In this document: positions 53,226 to 64,000 of the stretch, one piece after another
How positions within the stretch are numbered: the first letter of the stretch is position 1
Layout of the letters: each line of letters opens with the position of its first letter
DNA from: Lama glama
Taxonomy: Eukaryota
Direction: 5' to 3'
DNA length: 64,000 nucleotides
Assembly: GCA_028534125.1 (NCBI GenBank)
Contig: CM052816.1
Span: 26,910,001 to 26,974,000, forward strand
Translations under genes and position numbers: made by a program
Notes under the pieces: generated by a model
Database searches by the model: none
The model's input: the letters and a program-made list of their open reading frames with translations, nothing else
What the model was told of the DNA's origin: nothing

Positions 53226-53228
<3 letters not shown>

Positions 53229-53652
53229 CACAAATATCAGCCTTTAAGTATGCATGCAATCAACTTAAGCAATGACTAATACTTTTGTATACTTACATCA
53301 AAATTAACTATACAGAATTGAAGGAGGGAGCACAAACCTAATTTTTCATTGTATTTATTGATATCCCAATATTACTTACTAACAATTCAAAAGAAAAATT
53401 AATTTAGATGAAAATAGGTGCTAACTTTGTTAGACAGACTATTTATAAGAATAAAAACAGAACAAATATACAGTATTGTGTTTTTGAAAACAGCAATTTT
53501 CTTAATAAAACCTTAAAGCACTCAATAAGAGTCATCAAGTGGTACTCTGAAAAATTTAATACTTAAAATATACTTTTGCCACTAAATGCAATTAAACTTA
53601 TATTACTGAAGTAAAAACATGAGAGTAATAAAGTAGGGCTGATCAGAATTAC

Positions 53653-53731
53653 CTTTCAAGAGCTGCTCTCCGTTTTTCTACAAATTCTGTGGATGATGAA
53701 TCTTCTTTACCCACTTTGACCTTGGTCATGC
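53653..53731 (-). CDS. SNX2: SNX2 exon 7 ([26 protein letters not shown])
   Basis: 79 nt; acceptor TTTTCAAAG|GC, donor AAG|GTAATT. Confidence 0.96.
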
Positions 53732-54379
53732 CTTTGAAAAAATTTGAAACTCTTGATGATTTTCTATTACTGTGAAACATCCTCTTACAATCATTTCTGT
53801 ATAATTTAAAATATATTTTAAATTTGAACTAAATTAAAAAGCTCCTAAATCTGTAACCAGTATCATACTTTTGAGAAATGAAAACTCACAATATATTAAT
53901 ATCTCTGTTTGGCAAGTACTTATTTATAATATAAGTTATAAGAGAGAACAGATAAAGCTGAGGTTGAGTGAGCTGTGTCTGTAGTTTTCTGACCTGCAAC
54001 TGCCTGAATTCCTTACCTGTTATATATTACACACAGTAAATTAAAATGTGTTTTCCTTTCTTATGAGCAACAATTATTGTTCTTTACTTCAGGGAATAGA
54101 AAAATAAAAGTAAGTTTAATCCATGAATATGCTAAATATTTCTTTTGCTGCAGATTCTAAGAACATAGAATTCTTATTTATTATTTATTTATCATAGCTG
54201 GTTTTAAAACAGTTGAAATAATGAGCTTTTTCATAGAGACACTGGAAACTCATCAAATTTAAAAAATAAAAATCATGTAATTATTCCTTTTTGGCAACTT
54301 CAATTTTAACACTAATATCAGATTGCAGATTTTCCTTTTTTCCTGTTCTTTTTAATTTCAAAATTAGATTCTGTAGAAT

Positions 54380-54712
54380 TAAGTACTGACACATGCTACA
54401 ACATGGATGAACACTGAAAATATTATACTAAGTGACAGAGGCTTGTCACAAAGGACCATACAGTATATGATTCTCTTTACAGAAAATGTTCAGAATAGGA
54501 AAATCTATAGAGAAAAAAAGCAAAGTAGTGATTGCCTCAGACTGGGGCATGGGGAAATTAGAGAATGATGGCTAAGGTGTAAAAATATTCTAAAAATTAA
54601 CTGTGGTGATGGATGCACAACCCTGAATATAAGAAAAGCTACTGAAATATACACTTCAAATGGAGTAACTGTTTGGCATGTAAATTATACCTCAATAGAG
54701 CCATTAAAAAAT
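54380..54712 (+). mobile_element. L1MB-like 3' end
   Basis: GTACTGACACATGCTACAACATGGATGAAC...TAGGAAAATCTATAGAG...TTATACCTCAATAGAGCC. Confidence 0.8.
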
Positions 54713-55879
54713 GGATTATGTAAAACCATGTAATTCTTATGAAGGCTGGTACATCTAAGCATATATCAGCCATGAACGTTTTGTTAAACATAATTCCTCT
54801 GAAATACCAATAATTTAAAAAGGAAAACTCAAACACTTAAAATTACCTACCCCAAGTGGACTACTACATGTGGCATGTTAATTATTTCACATATTCTGTT
54901 TCCCTGAAAAAACTTTACCACTATATATAGTTCTTTGCTTTTTCTTCAACAAACTTCTGCCCATGCTACTTCCTAGAGGTAAGTAACAATTACAGGCCAC
55001 TGTGGTAAATAAAAACTTACTCTAACCAGTTACCTCTTAAAACTCTTCAAATTCTTTGTTGCTCTTTTCTAAAAGTTTGGTGAAAAGAATGTTTTTAATT
55101 CAACTAAGGGTCTATAAAAGTGGTAACAGTTACGCGCTAATGAAAGACTCCTCTTCCTTCAGTGGCTTCAGAAGAGGGAAAAGTACTACTACTCTTATGC
55201 CACCACAAGTGTTTGTTACTTGAAAACCACTGGTTTGTAATTAAAAGGGTCTCTCATACTTAAAATTATTCTTACACAATATACTCATTTTTATTTAAAA
55301 AAAGCTTGATGAACAACATGAAACTTAAAAATGATTGCTTCTCTAGTTGGTTTTCTGCCGGGAACGTCAGACCAACTTGTTACCCACCTTTAGTATTGTT
55401 TAGACTTTATGCACACACTTTGAGGAAATTGTTTAACTTTTCGTCTTACTGTTTGACTATGTATTTCCTGATTTCTTTACTTCTACCTTTTTTAAAAAAA
55501 ACTGTACTTCATGTGGTTGCCTCAAATCCTTTCAAATCTTTTCAATCTTCTCAGTAGTCTGTAGAAGGTTTAAGATTACTAGGGCAACATACTAGTTTGA
55601 AACACAATAAAAGGGTGTAAAAATTTAGTTTTTAAGTCTTTTGGGGGGGGCAGTCAATGACTACGGGTTAGTGTGTCTAGCCACCAAAAAGACAGAAACA
55701 GTTTTTTGTTCTTTCCTCTTTTGATATATAAAAGCAGCTGAACAACTTAAAGGCAAAAAAATGGTATCAATAATAAATAATTTATGATAAACTTAAGTTC
55801 ATTATATAGACAATGGGAGGCCAAAAGATACCACTGCAACAGTTCAGAGAACAGCAAAATAACATTATTAACTAGATTA

Positions 55880-56388
55880 GCAATTGTCAAAGTATGGTCA
55901 GGATATCCAGAAGATTTCTGATACCCTTTTGATGAAGGATGGAAGGTACACACAAAAATCTATTTTCATGATAATACTAAGTTGTTATTTTTATCTTTCT
56001 TACTATTATTCCATGAGACCTCAGTGGAGTTTCACAAAGATTATACAATATGTTATATCACAACAGATAGAGTGCATAAGCAGGTATGAGCTATTTTATA
56101 TATTTTATAAACAACAGCTATTTTCTATTTAGCAAGAAATTTTACAAAAATGTAAAAAAAAGCTAAAGCAAGCCTCTTTTACCATTAAAGTTCTTTGTCT
56201 TACAAAAATTATTTTCACAAAAATTTTATTTACAGGTAGTGAGCATATTATTTTTATATAAACAGAATTTTAAAAAATTCTCATATAATAAGTATCAATA
56301 GATATAACCCACTAAAGCAAAAATTCTTTGGTGTCCTTTATAATTTGAATAATATAAGGGGTCCTGAGACCAAAAAGCTGAATAACTG
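55880..56388 (+). mobile_element. Charlie1-like hAT transposon terminal fragment
   Basis: ATCAATAGATATAACCCAC...AAGGGGTCCTGAGACCAAAAAG terminus. Confidence 0.65.
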
Positions 56389-57204
56389 CACAAGACTTCT
56401 GAATTTAAAAAAAGAGAAAGAACATAATAAATCCATGTAAATACAGTAGGTTTCAAAATCCTAAAGGAAACTGATAAAACTGCTTTTCAAATCATATGCT
56501 TAAAAAAGTAAAATTAGTAATTTAAATATCAGTAAAATTCATCTAAAATATTTTTCAGGGTAATCTTATGTAAATAAAACCCTATGACTTTCTGAAAAGA
56601 CTGGAAAAGATACTACAAAATTTTAAGAGATGACAGATGTCTTTTAATGGTGGGACAATGGAAGTTCCGCTCCTCTTTTGTAATCTGCATATTTTTAACT
56701 AAGTAAGCCTTTATTACCTGTATAAGTAGAAATGTTTTTTAAATGTTAAGTTGAGGTACATAATAAACAGATGAGTTTAAATAGTTTCTATGTGAGCAAG
56801 GCTAGATCAAATCTTCTTTTTTGTACAATGTATAGCTGAGCACAAAACACCTACATCCCTTAGAAAAATGTAAATATGCTAATAATATTAAATATCCTCT
56901 AAGTGTTAATTACTAATAAGATATGCTAACAACTCTAAAAGGGTTTTCAATTGCTTTCACCTCGGCAAACTCTGACCCAATATTTAACATCATTGTATTA
57001 TATAAATCAAAATCCTCAGGTGATAAAAAAATAAAACTACTAGCTATACATTCTTCAATTAGTGAATGACTATCATAAATAGAACATTTAAATTCAGTAT
57101 CTTTAGACATTGAGATGTCATGACAGTAAATGACCATGGAATATACAAATCTATAGTTCAAATTGACTAGTAACAAAAATCAGGTTTTTTTGATTCATAC
57201 TTAC

Positions 57205-57346
57205 CTACTATACTCTTTTCTGGAGCTGGTGGTACAATATAACCAACATGTAAATACTTGCTTGCTAACTTGCTATGCAAACCAAGGAAGTCACTGAATC
57301 TCCTTTTAACTGAAAATTCACTCTTGCTGAACATGGAAAGAGAAGT
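57205..57346 (-). CDS. SNX2: SNX2 exon 6 (TSLSMFSKSEFSVKRRFSDFLGLHSKLASKYLHVGYIVPPAPEKSIVG), PX core
   Basis: 142 nt; TGTAG|ACT ... TAG|GTAAGT; contains the PX RRFSDF motif and the PPAPEK loop. Confidence 0.97.
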
Positions 57347-58502
57347 CTACAAGTAAAGAAGAAGTATTTCAAATTTTGAATACTAAACAATTATTTAGAA
57401 GTTAATGTAACGTGTAACTGTGAACATGCATATATATACATACACACTGGTCTATTCTGCACGAAAAGTAGAGTAGCTAACTAATTTGATACAAAGATTT
57501 CTATCCAAAAAACCTTCAAATCACAGATGTTTTTTACAGAAACTTAAGAGGACAGGAAATGTTTGCTTTATTCCACCTTTGACTCATCTCACTGACTCTA
57601 TCCGTATTTATATGCCAATGATTCTTAACTCCTTACATCTGACTCAGATCTCCTCTGAGCTTCAGTCTATATATTAAGCCAGCATTTGGGGGGGGGGAGG
57701 TAATTAGGAGTCCAATATATTGAAATGCCAAAGGGAAACCACCACTTAAGTCTCACTGCCACCTCAAATTCACCGTATTTCCCCCTGCTCAAACGTAATG
57801 AAGGGCACTTCTCTGTTTTTTTTACAACTATACTCTAATGCTTGGAAAAGAGCCTGATCCTATGGTGTTTAATAAAGAAGTATCCGCTCAGTGAATTAAC
57901 AAATCTCACCCCACAATGTGTTCCTCCCCTTGTGTTGCCTTTTCTCCAGAAGCACTCGAACAACTACAGTTCTTAGGCATCCCTCCTCCCTAACTCCTTA
58001 CATCCAAGCCCTATTGACTGTACCTCCTATGTAACTCAAGCTGTTTATTTTGCTCACCCCCAGAACCAATTCCTTAGTATAAAGTACTACTTTTCACAGC
58101 TAGGACTTTATAGACTCTCTCTCTTTTTTTAAGATTTGAAGGCCTACAATCTTTTTAAGAATTGCAATGGCCTCTTAACTGGAAATCCTGACCCTTATTC
58201 TGACCCTCCCAATTCATACTGAGTCAGAGAGATCTTTCTAAAACAAAAATCTAATTGTGCCATACTCTTGTTTGAACCTCCTCAATGGTCTCCTACTTCT
58301 GTCTAGATTAGATCCTTTCATGCATACTCTCGAAGGATATTCTACTTACCAAACTATTCACAACTCATTTTAACTATTTACTTATATGCAGTCTTTTCTG
58401 GATCTTTGTAAAGACAGAGATCACTCACACTTAATAATCATAGCATTCTCAGACTACATATAGTGAGGGCTCAATATTTTTTTAGAAGAGCAAAAGACTC
58501 AC

Positions 58503-58546
58503 TTTTGTTGTTACTCTATACGCCATGTAAGCATTCATGCCATCAC
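58503..58546 (-). CDS. SNX2: SNX2 exon 5 (DGMNAYMAYRVTTK)
   Basis: 44 nt; ACAG|GT ... AAA|GTGAGT. Confidence 0.96.
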
Positions 58547-58587
58547 CTGTAAGAAAAGCCAAACAACACTTTGAAAAATCAGAAGCT

Positions 58588-58750
58588 TAACCACACATAC
58601 ACACACAAAAGGTAACTATGTGAGGTAATATGCTAACTTGACTTCAGTAATCATTTCATAATGTGTACATATATTAACTTATCACATTGTACATCCTAAA
58701 TACACACATTTTTATTTGTCAATTATACCTCAATTAAGCTGGAAAAAAAA
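58588..58750 (+). mobile_element. L1MA-like 3' terminal fragment in SNX2 intron 4
   Basis: GGTAACTATGTGAGGT...TTTTTATTTGTCAATTATACCTCAATTAAGCTGGAAAAAAAA. Confidence 0.8.
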
Positions 58751-58884
58751 GCTGCCACAGGTTTAAAAATAAAAGCACCATTTTAATATTGTAACAATGC
58801 ATTTAGTTAAGAAAAACAACACATTAACAACCAAGCTAATTATCAAACTGAAGCATGCACAAAATGTAATAAATATCGACTCAC

Positions 58885-58951
58885 CAACTTTCTCTGGATC
58901 TGATACACCAATTTCTATATCAAAAACATCTCCATTTGCTTCTTCTTCAAT
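58885..58951 (-). CDS. SNX2: SNX2 exon 4 (IEEEANGDVFDIEIGVSDPEKVG), start of PX domain
   Basis: 67 nt; CCTAG|ATT ... TTG|GTGAGT; in frame with neighbouring exons. Confidence 0.96.
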
Positions 58952-60300
58952 CTAGGAAAGCATTTTTTTTGGTGTTAAAGACTCTAATTTATATTACTGT
59001 CATAACACTAAAAACTGTAATTTTTACCATTTATCTTTTATTAGGGTCTCTGTCACAACAAACAATTTAAAAAATCACTCAACTCTCCATTTCTGAAAAA
59101 TAAAAGCTGTCACGTTTCCTGACTATGTAGAAAACACACACAAAGATAACAGGAAAAGGACCACTGGGAGAAGTAACAGAAAATCTTCCATTCCCCCAGC
59201 TTCTTAGATGTAGACAAAAGTTTTACTCTTCCGTAGGGATACTGTGGAATCTTTTTGTTTTACATACTCAATCTTCAGATTATTAAGATAATTAACTCTT
59301 TAACTATTTTTAATATTAGTATTTTTTCAAAGTTGCATCTCTTCTCTTTAAAAACCAGGAGGTAGCCATTACTTTTGCCAGTAGAACCCTATGTACTTAC
59401 AGAAATTACTATACTTATAAGCAACTTTAGCATCATGATTTCTCTAATTACCTAGTAAACACATGTTCTTCTTGAAGCCAATGAAATCATCATAAATCTC
59501 ACAGAAAAAAAGAAATAGGAAATATTATAATCCTATGAAACTACAAAGAAGTACTTCTTATGCCACTATAAATAAGCAATCCTTATTAATAGCAGTTCCA
59601 AAGAAACGTTTTGTTATTCTCAAGATGCAGCACAGAAATTACATCTTGCAAATTTTAAAATCAGTATTGTCTAAGACTATCTAAGAGAAGAGTGCATTTT
59701 TCTAATGATAATTTTTTAAGGTAGCCCTCTTATACAGAATTTTTAAAAGTAGCCTCATTTGAATTGTAACATTCATAAAGTATATAAATCCTAGGTATAT
59801 AGCTCAGTTACTTTTTCAAAGTAAACACATCTTTGTAACCAGAACCTAGAATAAGAAAAGACACTATCATTATATCCTGGAAGGCTCTCATGCTTTCTCT
59901 CCGCTCACAACACATCCTCTACTCTGCCAACATGATTACTAACAGTGATTACACAGCTTTGATCAAATAAAACTACTCAAGATATCACTTGATTGTGTTT
60001 AAGTTTTCAAAGTACTTTCAGACATTTTATTTGACCAAAGAGGAACCCTGAGAGGCACATATTATCACCATGACATCACAAATAACAAATTCCTTGACTA
60101 AGAAGGAAAGTGATGTGCCCAAGTCACTGGATTAAAAAGTGGTAAGGATAAAATTAGAAGTCAAGTCACTCAACCTCTTTAGTCCAGTGTTCTTTCTCCG
60201 AAGTGTCTAAAAGATTTTAATTACACATACGTAACAAAAGAGATGCTGGGAGGGATGTATCATTTACATATTAATTTAGAATATAAACATTTTTCCATAC

Positions 60301-60464
60301 CTCCTCCCTGGATCTATCAAAGATCACTGGTGCAGACATACTCTTTGATTCAATTCTGGGAGCAATGAGTGTAGTGGGGGTCACAGGTGTGACTGCAGGA
60401 GAAGGTTCAGAGGAGGGTATAGGTTCCCTTTCTGGACTGTCCAGAGAAACTTCTTCTGTAGCTT
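60301..60464 (-). CDS. SNX2: Sorting nexin-2 exon 3 (EATEEVSLDSPEREPIPSSEPSPAVTPVTPTTLIAPRIESKSMSAPVIFDRSREE)
   Basis: 164 nt; acceptor TCTAG|AA, donor GAG|GTATGG; peptide matches SNX2 N-terminal low-complexity region. Confidence 0.96.
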
Positions 60465-61434
60465 CTAGATACAAATTAAACAAGTTAGTTAAGGACATGG
60501 TAACAAACTCTCAATAGTCTACTGTAACAGTTAATGAATTATGAAAAATATTTTTGCATGACCCAAAATATAAAAATGCCATTTTAAAATAATTGTTATA
60601 ATGTATGAATCCTTCCTTAGTTGTTTACCAAAACTTTAAAACCAACATGATTTTCTTGATTTTAGGAAGAATTCTGTTAAGTCATCATAATTATCTATAC
60701 TAGTGGTAGGAATAAGCTAGTAGGAAAGCAATGATGTGGATAATTCCACATTCATTTGTGTCTGGAGCTGTAACATATCTAATACTTATGGTAACTTACC
60801 TTCCAAAATCTTTTATTCAGGCCAACTTTATGATTCTTTTATACATACGAACACAAATTTTATGGCAGAAGGCTGCCCCAAACTATCCCAAATGGGATTA
60901 AAAGTTTGTTAAGGGAAATCCACAAAGTTAGTAATCTAAAGCAATCGACTGCTAAAGATTAGTGGATACTACTTGAATATACAAATATGATCCAAAGCAA
61001 ATAGGTGTTCAGGTTTTAATTCAAAGTGTTCGTTCACTTGAAAAATCTAAAATTAAATATATTTAGAAACAAATCAGATCAATAAACTGAATGTCTACAA
61101 ACTAAGTCACATTGTGCTAAACGCAATGGAGAAACACAAAGAAATGTAAAATATCATACCTGCCCTCAGGGAGTTTATAATCTAGTTGGGAAAACAAGAC
61201 ATAAGCATGTGGAATGTTAAATAATAAAAGACAAATAATAGCCAAGAGAACAATAAAAAGAACGTTACAAGACATCTAAATGCTATATGAACCACAGAAC
61301 AAACGCTATAATTTGAGTGCAGATGGAAGAGAATAATTTAGGCTGGGGAAAATCAGGAATATTTTACAAAGCTGGATTGAGGATATGAGGGTGGGTTAGA
61401 GAAAAAGAGGGAAGAATTCCATGAAAATGAAATA

Positions 61435-61800
61435 GAGTTGACCCTTGAACAACACTGGAGTTAGGGCTGCCATCCCTCCACACATTCAAAACGCTGAGTG
61501 TAACTTAGAGTCAGCCCTCCACATATGTGCTCCTACTGTAGTCGAGGTTCTGCATCCTTGAATTCAACAAGCCTTGGATCATTTCATACTATAGTAGTTA
61601 CTAATAAAACTGATGGAAATGTTAGCTATCTTGATTGTAGTAGTGGTTTCATTGGTGTATATACATCTATCAAAATTCATCAAATTGTACATCTGAAATA
61701 TGCGTAGTTTACTGCACAGGAACCACATCGCAATAAAGGTGTTAAAAAATCTGCATATTAGTGGACCTAGTTCAAACCCGTGTTATTCAAGAGTCAACCA
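61435..61800. mobile_element. Tigger2/MER8-type MITE with both TIRs and TA flanks, carrying a nested L1 3' end (about 61610-61749)
   Basis: TA|GAGTTGACCCTTGAACAACAC ... GTGTTATTCAAGAGTCAACCA|TA; inner TGATGGAAATGTT...AAAATTCATCAAATTGTACA...AATAAAGGTGTTAAAAAA. Confidence 0.8.
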
Positions 61801-62614
61801 TAACTGCATAAGCTAAAAGCAACGCCAAAAAGGTGAAAATTATAATCAGTGGCCAAAATGAAAACCACAGTTGTACTGGTATATAGAATTGATACCAGGA
61901 AAAGGCAGGCCGGACTGTAAGGGAAACAGGATCAGAACAGTGGTTTCTAACCTTAGGTTCCTAGGTTCCTTGAGGTTTGGGATGGTAGTAACGATAGTCA
62001 GTGAGCCATTTTAATACCTCAAAAAGTATATCAGTAATATATTTATCTGAAATAACGTAAATATATTAACAATTAAATACATAAACAGGTTTTTTTTTAC
62101 CCCATTTTACCATGGTAAACCATGGTAGCCAGAGGAAGGAAAATAGACTACCAATGCTGAACAGACTATAGATGATCCTAACATAACAAACTAAATGCTC
62201 AAATGTAACTTTAGGCTGTTAAGATTGCTAGTTATTTAGCCTTAAAAAAAAAAAGAAACCATTGAGCAGTGTAAGACAATTAAGAAAGTATATCAAAGCG
62301 AGGAGGTATGAGATCTTTAATCTGCAAACAAGCAAAACAACAAGGAGCAAACAAAACAAAAAGAAACCCAAAAATCTATGAAAAAGGTACTGTTATTGGC
62401 AAGAAATCCACAGACAAAAAAACTGAAAGACATAGTAACTTTGAGACAGCAGTACAGATAAAGTCATTGTCAATCACATTCTACTTCACTGATACAAGGT
62501 ATTGTTCTTTACAAAGACTGACAGGCTGTTTCAAAAAATAGTAGATCTCAAAATAGGAAAAGCTAAATATGATCTAAATAGCTAGTATGGAGGGGGGAAA
62601 GTAAAATAAATAGG

Positions 62615-62850
62615 TAAAGGGAGAGAGAAGGGAGGAGGGGCAAGATGTGGGTAAGGGATTAACAGGTACAAACTATTATATATGAAATAAATAAGCTACA
62701 AGAATGTATAGTACAGCATAGGGAGCACAGTCAAGATTTTATAATAACTATAAATGGAGTATAACCTTCAAAAATTGTGCATCACTATGTTGCACACCTG
62801 AAACTTACATAACTATATATCAACTATATCTCAATAAAAAAAATTAAAAA
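62615..62850 (+). mobile_element. L1 3' end, 5'-truncated
   Basis: GGTACAAACTATTATATATGAAATAAATAAGCTACAAG...TCACTATGTTGCACACCTGAAACT...CAACTATATCTCAATAAAAAAAA. Confidence 0.85.
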
Positions 62851-64000
62851 TTTCTTTAAAAAGAAGGATAGAGATTTAGGTTCAGTACAGCAAAATATAG
62901 TTTGCCTTAAATTCTCCCCATGACTTGTTTATTTTAGCAAAAGTAAACGAATACACTACAAATTAACAATGACTAATTAAAACTACACCTAAATGTTTCA
63001 GAAAATGCCCCACAGATACTAAGTACAAAGATTAACATTTCCCTGGAAGAGATCCTTTGAGGATTAAGTATAAATTGATTACGTCAACATTAGCTAAGTA
63101 ATATTTCATTCATTGAACTTAGATTTGGTATCATTTGCTGAAAAGCATAAGTGAAATAAGCTAAGTTACCTGGCAGAAAAAGTTCTAAAAGTCTAGGACA
63201 ATTTCAACATTGGCAATTTGCTCACCCTCACTTATTCCTCCAGGACAGTTTTCTAATGTGTGTGTTCGGATTTAACAAATGGTTGGAAGGTGCTCTGTAG
63301 TCACCCGTATTTGGTGAACATTTTGTAAGTAAGCTAATAACAGTAATACACGTCACACTTGAAGTTTTACTGATACCACTTCTGACATAATAATATTTGA
63401 AATGCTACCCCAAACACATTAGCATACATACCAATACAATCTAACCTCCTTATGGTTTTACAACCAAAATGGCTAAATCTCTAGAGCAATACCTATAGTT
63501 TCTCCTCTGATACAGGTCTTAGAACACCTAATGATGTCCTTATTGAAATGCAGTTAAGTTTAAGATAAAAGATAAAGCATAAGAAGTGTTTGTAGAAAAC
63601 AAAACAAACAGATGACTATTTCTATTGCTCAGTGTGTCTCTCCTCAAAAACAAAACCAAAAACAAAAAAACTGACATTGATCATATTTGAATCAAAATAT
63701 TTAGTACAGGTCATGCTAGGTAGACTAAAACATGAAAAAAGACTTCTAATTAAGCTTAGTGGGCAGATATCATTGTACTGTCCTCATGTGGCAAACTGCC
63801 TGGGCACACTGTAAACAAGAAAACCCTCTTTCCTAATACACACATACTCACACAGAGTTCTCAGAATTTTAGCATAGTCATTGACATAAAATCCTGAGAA
63901 TTAAAGGTGAAAGAGTCCTTAATAAAAGGGCTAATCCAAGTGTCCTATGTACAACCCTATACTATTAGAGGAACAGGCACAATTTTAGACTAGTACCTAC

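Noticed and set aside
62106..62119. 14-bp palindrome TTTACCATGGTAAA (also an 8-bp stem at 19534-19551)
   Set aside because: Expected by chance at this window size.
1..64000. A novel multi-gene or prokaryote-type system
   Set aside because: All credible coding sequence is explained by SNX2 and SNX24; the remaining short ORFs fall in repeats or AT-rich introns.

Overview
Mammalian genomic DNA, most likely a camelid (alpaca/camel), judged from tRNA-derived SINEs beginning GGGGAGGGTATAGCTCA. Two sorting-nexin genes lie in tandem on the minus strand. SNX2 coding exons 3-15 span 60464 to the stop codon at 36290; all splice sites and reading-frame phases were checked by hand, and exons 1-2 lie beyond the right edge. 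About 15 kb downstream is the CpG-island promoter and first coding exon of SNX24 (20974-20915); everything from 20914 to 1 appears to be SNX24 intron 1. The rest is ordinary eutherian interspersed repeat: L1, HAL1-like, L2, MIR, a near full-length Tigger1, Tigger2/MER2-type MITEs, MER5, MER33, Charlie, ERVL/MLT2 and MLT1. I see no convincing novel multi-gene system, and no CRISPR array, rRNA or true tRNA. The most notable observations are a GC-AG intron in SNX2, tandem poly(A) signals bracketing a cluster of miRNA seed sites, phase compatibility for an SNX2-SNX24 read-through splice, an L1 whose 5'UTR is fused directly to its 3' end, and three ultra-short L1-tail insertions. Gene, exon-number and repeat-family assignments come from recall of known sequences, not database searches; repeat boundaries are approximate.
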